From assembly GCA_038209745.1 (NCBI GenBank), contig JBBQXJ010000047.1:1-35761 (forward strand): DNA of 35,761 bases. The letters run 5' to 3'. Position numbers and translations under genes: made by a program. The notes under the pieces are model-generated. The model saw only the letters and a list, made by a program, of their open reading frames with translations. It searched no databases and was not told the DNA's origin. Each line of letters starts with the position of its first letter. The stretch's first letter is position 1. Shown here in pieces: positions 17,902-28,652 of this stretch. Source of the DNA: Verrucomicrobiota bacterium. Its GTDB lineage: Bacteria; Verrucomicrobiota; Verrucomicrobiia; Limisphaerales; CANJSG01.

Positions 17902-20168
17902 ATCGCTTTGGGTTGAGTTGGCAGGGTGAAAAAAAACGTCGCGCCCTCTTCAAGTTTTGATTCCGCCCAGACCTTGCCGCCGTGGCGGTGAATGACGCGC
18001 TGGACGAGCGCCAGCCCGACGCCCGTGCCTTCAAATTCCTCCTCGCTGTGCAGCCGCTGAAAGACGCCGAAAAGTTTGTGGCCGTATTTCTCGTCGAAGC
18101 CGACTCCGTTGTCCTTCACGTAGAAAGTAATCTCGCCGTCGGTGCTGCTGCTGCCAACTTCAACAATCGGATTGGTCCGGGTGCGTGAAAACTTGATGGC
18201 GTTGCCGAGGAGGTTGGCGAACACCTGCCGCAACATGGCCGGATCTCCGTGCACCCGCGGCAGCGATGACAGATCGAAGCTCGGCGCAGATTCCGGCGCG
18301 GCGCGGGTCAGAATCTCGAACTCTCCGCGCACCAGACTGGTCATCTCAATCGGCGTGGTCCCCATCTTCTGCCGACCGAGGCGCGAGAAAGCCAGCAGGT
18401 CATCAATCAACCGGCCCATGCGCCGCGCTTCGCTGCTGACCACGCCCAGCATCCGCTGGCCTTCCGCATCCAACTTGGCCTCGTAATCCTCCATGAGCAT
18501 GCGCACATAGCCGTCCACCCCGCGCAAGGGGGCACGGAGGTCGTGAGAAACGGAATAGCTGAAAGCTTCGAGTTCCTGGTTCGCCGCTTCGAGCTGTCCA
18601 GTGCGCTCGGTCACGCGCTGTTCCAGTTCGGCGTTGAGCCGGCGGACTTCATCTTCCGCACGTTTCAACTCGTCCACGTCCGTGTTGGTCCCAAACCATT
18701 GCGCCACGTTTCCCGCCGCATCCTTGAGAGGTACGGCCCGAGCAAGAAACCGGCGAAATTTGCCGTCCGCACCACGCAAGGGCATCTCCATTTCAAAGGC
18801 CTCTCCGGTGGCAATCGCGACCGTCCATTGCGCCATCACCTGCGGCAGTAACTGCGGATCGTGGACGCTCTGCCAGCCCCATCCTTCCATCTGTTCGGGC
18901 TTGGTGTTGGTGTAGTCATACCAGCGCTGGTTATACCAGAAGATGAACCCGTCCGGGCGGGCGATCCACGCCAGTTGCGAGATGGAGTTGGCCATCGTCC
19001 GAAAGCGCTCCGCGTTCGCATTCGCTTGGGCCTCCGCGCTCCTGCGATCGGTGATGTCGCGGATGATGCACTGGATCACTTTCTGGCGGTCCACCCGATA
19101 GACGCTGCTGATGAACTCCACCGCGATTTTGCGGCCATCGGCAGTTTCCAACGGTAAATTCTCGTAGCGAATATAGTCACTGGCTTGCAACTCCAGAAAA
19201 GCCTCTTTCCAAGCCACGATGTCCTTTAACAGGCCGAGATCCCATAGGTGCTTGCCGAGAAAGACCGAGTGCGAATAGCCCAGCAACTCGCTGAGGAACG
19301 GATTGACATCCAACACCCGGCCGCTCGCCGCATCCAAGATCAGGATACCCGCCTTTGCCGTTTCAAACAGCCCCCGGTAACGGCCTTCCGACGCCGCCAA
19401 TCTGTCCGCCACCTGCTTCCCTTCCGTGATGTCGCGCGCAATCTTGGACGCTCCGACGATTTTTCCTTCGCCGTCAGTGACCGGTGAAATCGTCACGGAG
19501 ACATTCACCCGGGTTCCGTCCTTGCGCACCCGGACGGTGTCGAAGTGTTTCACTTTCTCGCCCCGCGCGACCTGTGCGAGGATTTCCACTTCCTGAATCA
19601 CCAGTTCGGGCGGAAAGAGAATTGTCGTCGCTTGCCCGATGGCTTCGGCGGCGGAAAAGCCGAACATTTTTTCCGCGCCAGGATTCCAACTGGTAATGGT
19701 TCCCTCCAGCGTTTTGGAGATGATGGCGTCATCCGAAGAATTGACCAGGGCGGCGAGCCGCAGGGCGGCTTCCTCCGCGTGCTTGCGCTCGGTGATGTCG
19801 GCGCGGATGGCCACATATTGCCGAGGTTTACCGTCTTCACCGAGAAAGGGCACAATGGTCGTGGCCACCCAGTAATACGAGCCGTCCTTGGCCTTGTTTT
19901 TGATTTCTCCCTTCCAGACTTTGCCGTGTGAAATGGTCGTCCAGAGATCGCGGATGAACTCCTTCGGATGATGGCCGGAGTTGATGAGGCGATGGTCCTG
20001 ACCGAACAATTCCTCGCGGGAATATTTTGAGATCGCGCAGAACTTGTCGTTGACGTAGGTGATTTTCCCCTGCGGGTCGGTGATCGCTACAATGGCGTGC
20101 TCGTCGAGCGCGGCCTTGAGGTCGCCGACTTCCTTAAGTGAGGCACTTAATTGTTGTTCTGCCGACAC
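17898..20168 (-). CDS. Cytoplasmic multi-PAS sensor histidine kinase
   Basis: Four PAS/PAC units, H-box '[14 protein letters not shown]', N-box 'NLLGNAIKF', 'DNGVGF', 'EGTGVGLA'. No TM segment; GTG start. Confidence 0.93.
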   Translation of the reverse strand: MSAEQQLSASLKEVGDLKAALDEHAIVAITDPQGKITYVNDKFCAISKYSREELFGQDHRLINSGHHPKEFIRDLWTTISHGKVWKGEIKNKAKDGSYYWVATTIVPFLGEDGKPRQYVAIRADITERKHAEEAALRLAALVNSSDDAIISKTLEGTITSWNPGAEKMFGFSAAEAIGQATTILFPPELVIQEVEILAQVARGEKVKHFDTVRVRKDGTRVNVSVTISPVTDGEGKIVGASKIARDITEGKQVADRLAASEGRYRGLFETAKAGILILDAASGRVLDVNPFLSELLGYSHSVFLGKHLWDLGLLKDIVAWKEAFLELQASDYIRYENLPLETADGRKIAVEFISSVYRVDRQKVIQCIIRDITDRRSAEAQANANAERFRTMANSISQLAWIARPDGFIFWYNQRWYDYTNTKPEQMEGWGWQSVHDPQLLPQVMAQWTVAIATGEAFEMEMPLRGADGKFRRFLARAVPLKDAAGNVAQWFGTNTDVDELKRAEDEVRRLNAELEQRVTERTGQLEAANQELEAFSYSVSHDLRAPLRGVDGYVRMLMEDYEAKLDAEGQRMLGVVSSEARRMGRLIDDLLAFSRLGRQKMGTTPIEMTSLVRGEFEILTRAAPESAPSFDLSSLPRVHGDPAMLRQVFANLLGNAIKFSRTRTNPIVEVGSSSTDGEITFYVKDNGVGFDEKYGHKLFGVFQRLHSEEEFEGTGVGLALVQRVIHRHGGKVWAESKLEEGATFFFTLPTQPKAI

Positions 20169-20387
20169 TGGTCAACTGTCGACGTAATGACCGCTGTTAG
20201 CGAACTTAATCGCTGTTTGCCCGCAACTACACTTAGCCCCCCAGAGAGAGCAAAAACGGGCATTTACTGTCATTGAACCGATTTTCTTAAATGGGGAAAC
20301 GGAGTACGGTTCGACCCTTTCGTCGAGTTCATGGAACAGAGTGCCCAGCTTGGCCGTCTCAGGCGCGGGCTTGGCCTCCGCTTAAAA

Positions 20388-21233
20388 TCAGGCCTCCGTT
20401 TTTGAATCGGTTTTTGTTTCCGATTCCGGCCCGGCTTTGGCGTCCGGATTAGGCTTGGCCGTGGGAACTCGTTTGTCGTTCGGTTTCAACAACTCGGCAA
20501 CTCCCTTCTCAAGTATAGTGAGGTAGTCCGCGATGCTCCAGGCCACCTTTTGTCCGCTGGCCGTGAGTTCGATCCCGCTGACCAGATCGGGGGAGGTCTC
20601 GAATCGAAGGTGAACGTCGGCGGAGAACGTCTCGTTGATGGCTTGCTGGATCGCCCCGCGCTGGGCGTCCTTCAGATCGAACGCACTGCGGATGGCTGCG
20701 GGTTCGGGAGCTGCCTTCAACGTCGTGCCGAGATTTCCTTTCTCCGGTTCGCCCAGGGTGCGCAGACGTTCGACGAAAACATGGACGATGCGTTCCTCCA
20801 CGTCCGTGGCGGCAAGGTCGACCAGCGCCTTTCGGGCAATGGCGAACACCTCGTCCTGCGTCCGGCGCCGGAGGGCTCGACCGAGGGTTTTTGCTTCGTT
20901 TTCCAAGGTTTCCTGTCGCTTCGCGCCCAGCTCATCGGCCGCCGTGCGCGCCTCGCCGAGGAGACGTTCGCGTTCGGCTTTGGCGTCGTCCGTGGCTTTG
21001 CTGAACAGTGCGGCGCGCTGCTGGTCGAACTCCGTGTTCTTCTTCTGGAATTCGTCGCGCTCTCCCTTGGCCTCGGCCTTCTTCGCGTCGGCGTCGCCGA
21101 GCTCGGCGGCGATCCGCTTTTCCCGCGCGTCGATCGCCTGGAGGACGGGCTTGTAGAGGAAGCGCTTCATCAACCAGACGAGGATGAGGAAGTTGAGCGC
21201 CTGCGCACCGACGGTGAACCAGTCGATCAGCAT
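20388..21233 (-). CDS. atpF: N-type ATPase b subunit with delta-like C-terminal extension
   Basis: 'MLIDWFTVGAQALNFLILVWLMKRFLYKP', coiled coil, then 'FETSPDLVSGIEL...VAWSIADYL'. Confidence 0.92.
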   Translation of the reverse strand: MLIDWFTVGAQALNFLILVWLMKRFLYKPVLQAIDAREKRIAAELGDADAKKAEAKGERDEFQKKNTEFDQQRAALFSKATDDAKAERERLLGEARTAADELGAKRQETLENEAKTLGRALRRRTQDEVFAIARKALVDLAATDVEERIVHVFVERLRTLGEPEKGNLGTTLKAAPEPAAIRSAFDLKDAQRGAIQQAINETFSADVHLRFETSPDLVSGIELTASGQKVAWSIADYLTILEKGVAELLKPNDKRVPTAKPNPDAKAGPESETKTDSKTEA

Positions 21234-21237
21234 AGGA

Positions 21238-21528
21238 TCACTTTCCGGCCGCCTTGACCGTCTCCGCGACGACGTGGTTCCAGAACGGATTGGCGAAGAT
21301 CAGGATCATCGAGACCACGAAGCAGTAGATGGCGGTGGACTCGATCATGGCCAAGCCGACGAAGAGCGTGCGGGTGATGGTGGCGGAGGCGTCGGGCTGT
21401 TGCGCGAGCGAGGTCAACGCGGTCGCGACCGCCCGTCCTTCCGCGAACGCCGGCCCCATCGTGCCGAACCCGGTGGTGATGCCGGCGGTGGCGATGGAGG
21501 TCACCGCGATGATTGTCATGCTGTCCAT
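21238..21528 (-). CDS. atpE: N-type ATPase c subunit
   Basis: Helical hairpin 'GPAFAEGRA...AQQPDA...GLAMIESTAIY...FANPF'. Confidence 0.95.
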   Translation of the reverse strand: MDSMTIIAVTSIATAGITTGFGTMGPAFAEGRAVATALTSLAQQPDASATITRTLFVGLAMIESTAIYCFVVSMILIFANPFWNHVVAETVKAAGK

Positions 21529-21558
21529 GGTCGTTCCTTCGTTGGTTGGGAGTGGGGT

Positions 21559-22266
21559 TCAGGTCGCGGGCGACGGTTCGGACTTTGGCTCTGGCTTGGG
21601 CTCGCGGGTACGGGTGGCGGCCGCGATGTAAACCGCGGCCAAAATGCTGAAGATGTAGGCCTGCACCATGCCGGTGAGCAATCCGAGCAGGGTCATCACG
21701 ATCGGGAAGATGAACGGCGTGATCGTCAGCAGGATTCCGATGATCATGGCGCCACTCATCATGTTGCCGAAGAGGCGGACGGCCAGGGCCAGGGTGCGGG
21801 AGAGCTCGCTGATGATGTTGAACGGCAGCATGAGCGCCGTCGGCTCCAGGTAGGATTTGAGGTAGCCGCGGAGGCCCCGGTCCTCGATGCCGAACAGGGG
21901 CACGGCGATCAACACGCACAACGCGAGCGCCGCCGTGGTCGAGAGCGAACCGGTCGGCGGCTCGTAGCCGGGAATGACGGCGCAGAGACTGGCCAGCGCG
22001 ACGAACAGGAAGAGCGTGCCCAGGAAACCGATATATTTGTTCGGGTTGCGGAGGCCGACTTCTTCGATCTGTTTCGCGATGCCGGTGACGATGATTTCCA
22101 GGAGATTCTGCCAGCGGGACCGTTTCAGGCCCGTGGAGAGTTTCCGGGTGATGAGTTTCGAGCCGACGGCCAGCACGAGCATCAACCCCCACGTGAAGAC
22201 GATCGTGCCATTGAGTTTCACGAACCCGTGCTCCCAGAAAACCATCTGGTCGGGACTAAGGCGCAT
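21559..22266 (-). CDS. atpB: N-type ATPase a subunit
   Basis: 'PPTGSLST', 'LALAVRLFGNM' (essential Arg), 'VQAYIF'. Start at MRLSPD (ATG 22266). Confidence 0.94.
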   Translation of the reverse strand: MRLSPDQMVFWEHGFVKLNGTIVFTWGLMLVLAVGSKLITRKLSTGLKRSRWQNLLEIIVTGIAKQIEEVGLRNPNKYIGFLGTLFLFVALASLCAVIPGYEPPTGSLSTTAALALCVLIAVPLFGIEDRGLRGYLKSYLEPTALMLPFNIISELSRTLALAVRLFGNMMSGAMIIGILLTITPFIFPIVMTLLGLLTGMVQAYIFSILAAVYIAAATRTREPKPEPKSEPSPAT

Positions 22267-22570
22267 GGCGGGCCTCCTTCGTCCGGCAACCTTGATTTTC
22301 AACAGTTGGACGGGTCAGCCGCGTCACGACGAAGCGCACGACGACGAATCCAAGAAGGCAGAGCAGCAGGCGCTCCCAGCGGCCGCCGCTGACAAAGTAG
22401 AAACCTCCCATCGAAACGCCCAGCCGCAGCAGCAGGCTTCCAAAGATCCAGAGGGCCGGTTGCGGGGACGTGAGCGCCCGGCGAACCGTCCACCAGAGTC
22501 CGCCGAAGAAAAACGTGCCGATCAGGAGCCCGCCGACCCAGGCCAACGCCAGCATCAGCGGTTCATTCAT
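22256..22570 (-). CDS. atpR: N-ATPase AtpR subunit
   Basis: Small 3-TM protein 'FFGGLWWTV...SLLLR...CLLGF' between atpQ and atpB, the canonical N-ATPase position. Confidence 0.85.
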   Translation of the reverse strand: MNEPLMLALAWVGGLLIGTFFFGGLWWTVRRALTSPQPALWIFGSLLLRLGVSMGGFYFVSGGRWERLLLCLLGFVVVRFVVTRLTRPTVENQGCRTKEARHAP

Positions 22571-22893
22571 GGATGTCCTCCTGCTCGTCCTTCATGGCTT
22601 GCTCTTCTTTGGCGACCCAGTGCCACGCGTTCAAACAGCCGAGCATCAGCCCGGCCATCAGCAGGGCCAAGGTCCACGAATGGGCGCCGGGATGGTGTCG
22701 ATCCAGCCAAAGCCCGAGCGCGGCGCCAAGCAGCGTCGGCACGGTCACCGACCATCCGATCAATCCCATCATACCGAGTCCGAACCAGACGCCTGGGGTG
22801 GTGTTGCGCCGGGCCTTCAGCTTGCGCGCCGCCTTCGTGCCGATCTGTCCGGCCAAAGTCGGCTCGATCTTCGTGGATTTGGTCGACGGCTCT

Positions 22894-22901
<8 letters not shown>
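22563..22901 (-). CDS. atpQ: N-ATPase AtpQ (AtpZ/AtpI-like 'ATPase gene 1')
   Basis: 'WFGLGMMGLIGWSV..PTLLG..LGLWLD...GCLNAWHW'. Start at MSEEPST (ATG 22901), overlapping the atpC stop. Confidence 0.87.
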
Positions 22902-24808
<1,907 letters not shown>

Positions 24809-24831
24809 TCAAATCGGGTGGCCCCAGAGAC

Positions 24832-25194
24832 CTAGACTTCGGCCAGCCACTTTCGCGCCTCGGCCAAATGGGTGTGATCGAAGTATTGGATCGTTGCCCT
24901 CGTGAACGGCTTGCAGAACGTCGCCATCCCGTGCTGCCACTTTTTGTCCCCGACCATCGCCAACCGTTCGATATCGCCAAAGTGTTTCACGTCGAACTTG
25001 ATGTCCTCCCAGAGGGCGCCGACCTCCCAGCCATGGAATCCGGTCATGTCGAAGAGCACCCGAATCTTCCGATGCAGCCTGACCAGGCGCTCGAACTCGG
25101 GCACAAAGTGCTCGTAGTCCGCCTTGGCCAGCTTCCCGCTGACCTCGACCGTCAAACGTTTTCCGCCGTCTTCTTCTTTGAGTTTGATTGGCAT
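24832..25194 (-). CDS. SpoIIAA-like (STAS/SEC14) domain protein
   Basis: 'VSGKLAKADY', 'FHGWEVGALWEDIKF', 'ERLAMVGD..W', 'EARKWL'. AAGGAG Shine-Dalgarno upstream; 23 nt before atpD. Confidence 0.88.
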   Translation of the reverse strand: MPIKLKEEDGGKRLTVEVSGKLAKADYEHFVPEFERLVRLHRKIRVLFDMTGFHGWEVGALWEDIKFDVKHFGDIERLAMVGDKKWQHGMATFCKPFTRATIQYFDHTHLAEARKWLAEV

Positions 25195-25434
25195 CTTGGA
25201 CTCCTTTTATTTGTTCGTTCGTGAAAGCAACCGCATTATTTCGACACTGTTTCGCGGAAGCCGTTCAGTCTCTCACCTATTATGACGGTGGTGTCGAACT
25301 CGGCTTTTAGCTACCCCTCGATTGCCTTTCGAGACCAAGAATTGAATGGGCGGGGCTCTTCCGGAGCCAAGCCCGCCCGCAACAAGACCCGGTTTAGGAT
25401 TTCAATCCCGCCGAATAGACGTCATCGCAGATCC

Positions 25435-26733
25435 ATGCCGTTTGCCGCACTGGGCCTGTCGCCCGCTCTTCAAAAAGCCGTCGCCGAGCGCGACTATCTC
25501 TCGCCCACTCCCGTGCAGACGGCGGCGATCCCAGCCGTGCTCCACGGTCGCGATGTCTGGGCGACAGCGCAAACCGGCTCCGGCAAAACCGCCGCGTTCG
25601 CCCTGCCGATCCTGCAACTCCTCGTAAACGCTCCCCGCGAAACCCCGCGCCGGATCCGGGCCTTGATCCTCGCGCCCACTCGGGAACTGGCCGCCCAGAT
25701 CGGAGAGTCCTTTCAGCGATATGGCCGCCATCTGCCAGATCCGGTCAAAGTCGTCACCGTGTTCGGCGGCGTCTCGATCAATCCCCAGATGATGGCTCTG
25801 CGCGGCGGCGCGGACATCGTGGTGGCGACTCCGGGGCGTCTGCTCGACCTCGTGGACCACAACGCGCTCCGGCTCCACGCGGTCTCCACCCTGGTGCTCG
25901 ACGAGGCGGATCGGCTCTTCTCTCTGGGCTTCGCCGCCGAGCTCGGGCGGATCCTTTCCCTCCTACCGGCCGATCGGCAGAACCTGCTTTTCTCCGCGAC
26001 CTATCCGGCCGAAGTGAACGCGCTCGCGACAGAATTGCTGGAGGATCCACTGCGCGTGGACGTGGCGTCCACTCCGGACACGACCCCGGACATCGTCGAA
26101 CGCGCGATCGAGGTCGACGTTCCACGGCGCACCCAGTTGCTCCGCCATCTCATCAAAGAGAACAGCTGGAAACGGGTGCTGGTGTTCGTGGCCACGAAAT
26201 ACGCGACCGAACACATCGCCGAAAAACTGCGTCGCCTCGGCGTCTCAGCCGGCGCACTCCACGGCGAACTCAGCCAGGGCGCGCGCACCCGGGTATTGGC
26301 GGACTTCAAGGCGTCCCATCTCCAAGTGCTCGTCGCCACGGACCTGGCCGCGCGCGGCCTGGACATCGTGCAGCTGCCGGTGGTGGTGAACTTCGACCTG
26401 CCTCGATCGACGGTCGACTACACCCATCGCATCGGACGCACGGGCCGGGCTGGAGAAGCCGGATTGGCGGTCAGCTTCGTCAGTGCCGACAGCCATCTGC
26501 ACTTCCGGCTCATCGAGAAGCGCCACGCCCGGACCATTCCCCGCGAGCAGATCGCCGGATTCGAGCCGGTGGAAACGACAGAGCCGCTGCCGCCCTCGTC
26601 CGGCGGAGTAAAAGGGAAGCGCAAGAGCAAGAAAGACAAGCTGCGGGAAGCCGCCGCCCAAGCAGGCCATGCGTCTGCTCCCGGGACCACCTCCCGCGCC
26701 GACCTTTCTCGGCCGGATCGATCAGCGCGGTAG
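25435..26733 (+). CDS. rhlE: DEAD-box RNA helicase, RhlE-like
   Basis: Q motif PTPVQ, AQTGSGKT, PTRELA, 'GGVSINPQMM', DEAD, SAT, HRIGRTGR. Start at MPFAALG (ATG 25435). Confidence 0.9.
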   Translation: MPFAALGLSPALQKAVAERDYLSPTPVQTAAIPAVLHGRDVWATAQTGSGKTAAFALPILQLLVNAPRETPRRIRALILAPTRELAAQIGESFQRYGRHLPDPVKVVTVFGGVSINPQMMALRGGADIVVATPGRLLDLVDHNALRLHAVSTLVLDEADRLFSLGFAAELGRILSLLPADRQNLLFSATYPAEVNALATELLEDPLRVDVASTPDTTPDIVERAIEVDVPRRTQLLRHLIKENSWKRVLVFVATKYATEHIAEKLRRLGVSAGALHGELSQGARTRVLADFKASHLQVLVATDLAARGLDIVQLPVVVNFDLPRSTVDYTHRIGRTGRAGEAGLAVSFVSADSHLHFRLIEKRHARTIPREQIAGFEPVETTEPLPPSSGGVKGKRKSKKDKLREAAAQAGHASAPGTTSRADLSRPDRSAR

Positions 26734-26895
26734 AACGAGATTCGTCCGGGGTCGACCGACTGCGACGAGCCGCTTTTCCTGAGCCCCGGCATCACCGGAA
26801 CAAGCCATCAGAAACAGGTCCCGCCGAGGCCGGACCAAAGCCTCAAGAAACCGGCCATTCGCCAGTATCTCCATTCCGACTGACGCGTCCGCTCG

Positions 26896-26921
26896 AAGAA
26901 CACGCCGGAATAGCTCCGGCG
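26896..26921 (-). terminator. Possible weak intrinsic terminator after the Gfo/Idh/MocA gene
   Basis: CGCCGGA-ATAGC-TCCGGCG hairpin (26903-26921), followed on the minus strand by TGTTCTT. Confidence 0.35.
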
Positions 26922-26927
26922 ATCCGA

Positions 26928-28001
26928 TCAAAGATCGATCCAGGCGCGGGTGCGGGTCGATTGCACCGCCGCTTCCATCACGCGCTGCGCTTCGGCGCCG
27001 TGGTGGAAGGTGATGCAGCAGGGGCGTTCTTCCCGGATGGCGTTGATGAACTCGATGGCCTGGTCGTAGCGGAAGCTGACGAGTGGATCCCCCACCGACG
27101 GATCCCGTTTGCTGCCGGGCCAGGTCCAGAATTCCTTCGGCACTTCGATCTGCGCGAGCCCCGGTCCGCCGACCTTGCCGTAGTGGAGATGGTTCCATGA
27201 GCCGGTGGTGAAACTGAAGCTGCCGGCGCTGCCGTTGATCTCCACGCGGTCGGGGCTGCGCCAGCTTTCGTTCACGCCGCTGGCGAGCTTGGAGCTTTCC
27301 AGCACGCCGCTCGCGCCGTTCACAAACTCGGCGAGGATGGCGACCCAGTCGTCGGTGTCGTTCGGTGCGCCGTCGCGGACCGGCGTCAGGGTCATGAGGT
27401 TCGCCACGAGCCGCTTCATCGGGCCGACGAGGTGTTGGGCGAAGTTGATACGGTGGCTGAGCATGTCGCCGATTTCGCCGGTGCCCGCGAGCTTGGCCTG
27501 CTGGCGCCACCCGAGACTGCGCGTACCCCAGTCCTGCAAGCGACAGGAACGAAAGTGATAGGGCTGGCCGAGATCGCCGCGATCCACGAGGTGCTTCAGA
27601 TACCGCATCGCGGGGACGAACTGGTAGGTGAAGGCGGTGAGGTGGCGGACGTTGGCTTTGTCGGCCTCATCGGCCATCCGTCTGGCGTCGGCATAGTTCA
27701 ACGCCAAGGGCTTTTCGCAGAGAACGTGTTTCCCATGCTGGACGGCGGTGATGGCGATCTCTGGATGGAGGAAATTGGGTGTGGCGATGATGACCGCATG
27801 GACGTCGTCGCGAGTGACGACAGCCTTCCAATCGGACGTGGCGATGGAGGCTCCGGTCTGCTGGCGGGCCGTTTCGAGCGTGGCGGGATTGGAGTCGCAG
27901 AGAGCGTGGACCTTCACGTCCGAACACAGCGCGAGTCCGGGGAGGTGGTTCTGGAGGGTGATGCCGCCGGTGCCGATGATGGCGATGTTCAGGGTGCTCA
28001 T
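26928..28001 (-). CDS. Gfo/Idh/MocA family oxidoreductase
   Basis: 'IAIIGTGGI' Rossmann fold, 'VIIATPN..H', 'HVLCEKPLA', 'GDMLSH'. Confidence 0.92.
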   Translation of the reverse strand: MSTLNIAIIGTGGITLQNHLPGLALCSDVKVHALCDSNPATLETARQQTGASIATSDWKAVVTRDDVHAVIIATPNFLHPEIAITAVQHGKHVLCEKPLALNYADARRMADEADKANVRHLTAFTYQFVPAMRYLKHLVDRGDLGQPYHFRSCRLQDWGTRSLGWRQQAKLAGTGEIGDMLSHRINFAQHLVGPMKRLVANLMTLTPVRDGAPNDTDDWVAILAEFVNGASGVLESSKLASGVNESWRSPDRVEINGSAGSFSFTTGSWNHLHYGKVGGPGLAQIEVPKEFWTWPGSKRDPSVGDPLVSFRYDQAIEFINAIREERPCCITFHHGAEAQRVMEAAVQSTRTRAWIDL

Positions 28002-28067
28002 GGAGTGTGGGGCTGAAGGATGGGAACGGGTCGGCCCGCAGGAAAGCCCGAATCGAAAGAAGACGAA

Positions 28068-28523
28068 TTATTGACGGGAAAGTTCAGCCCGCAGGGCTTC
28101 GACCCGCCGACGATTGGCTCCAAGATCGGAGACTCCCAACCGCGAGGCGGACCGGACCTGCACCAATCCGCGCTCCGGCTCGACCAACAGTTCGAGATCG
28201 TCGACGAATCGAAGGATAGCGGTGCGGGCTTCGACGTGCAGGTAGTCGCCCTGGTCGACCACGATCTTCATCCGGGGCAGGCGGGCGAGCGCGACCTTCA
28301 ACTTCCCGCGAATCGCATCGGATGTCGCTCCGGCGACTTCCAATGGAGCAACGGCGTGTTCGGTGTCCGAGGCGAAACTGGACACGCAGTTGGGGCTGGC
28401 CGGGCACACCGCGAGACGCCCTTCACTGACGCCGCCGGCGACGGAGCGGGCGAACTGGTTGACCACGACGACCGCCATCCAAACGAAAAAAAGAGAGACG
28501 GCCGCGATGAAGAGTCCAGTCAT
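28068..28523 (-). CDS. DUF1499 domain protein
   Basis: 'CPASPNCVSS', 'FVDDLEL', 'VRSASRLGVSDLGANRRRVE'. N-terminal TM; start at MTGLF. Confidence 0.88.
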   Translation of the reverse strand: MTGLFIAAVSLFFVWMAVVVVNQFARSVAGGVSEGRLAVCPASPNCVSSFASDTEHAVAPLEVAGATSDAIRGKLKVALARLPRMKIVVDQGDYLHVEARTAILRFVDDLELLVEPERGLVQVRSASRLGVSDLGANRRRVEALRAELSRQ

Positions 28524-28652
28524 GGGTTTTCGGAGTGAGCGGGCCACGGCGCGGAATGTGTCCGGTGCGGCGCCGCTGGCAAGTCGAGGCTGAAGGAAAC
28601 CGCGTCCCAATCTTGTGGATGCCAAGCCGGCCGGTTGAACTAAAGTCGGTCC

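Noticed and set aside
20134..20150. Palindrome TTAAGTG-AGG-CACTTAA
   Set aside because: Lies inside the kinase coding sequence, has only a 7-bp arm and no second copy.
25401..25410. TTCAATCCCG, identical to 10 nt of the tRNA-Thr T arm (7321-7330), near the far end of the accessory block
   Set aside because: Too short to distinguish from chance, does not extend through the tRNA 3' end, and no integrase is present, so not called an att site.
25282..25434. N-terminal extensions in the ORF track (rhlE from 25282; also atpA 15150, permease 6419, atpC 23400, cbpM 12616, DUF1499 28664)
   Set aside because: Family-like sequence begins at downstream ATGs; the extensions overlap neighbours or look non-coding.
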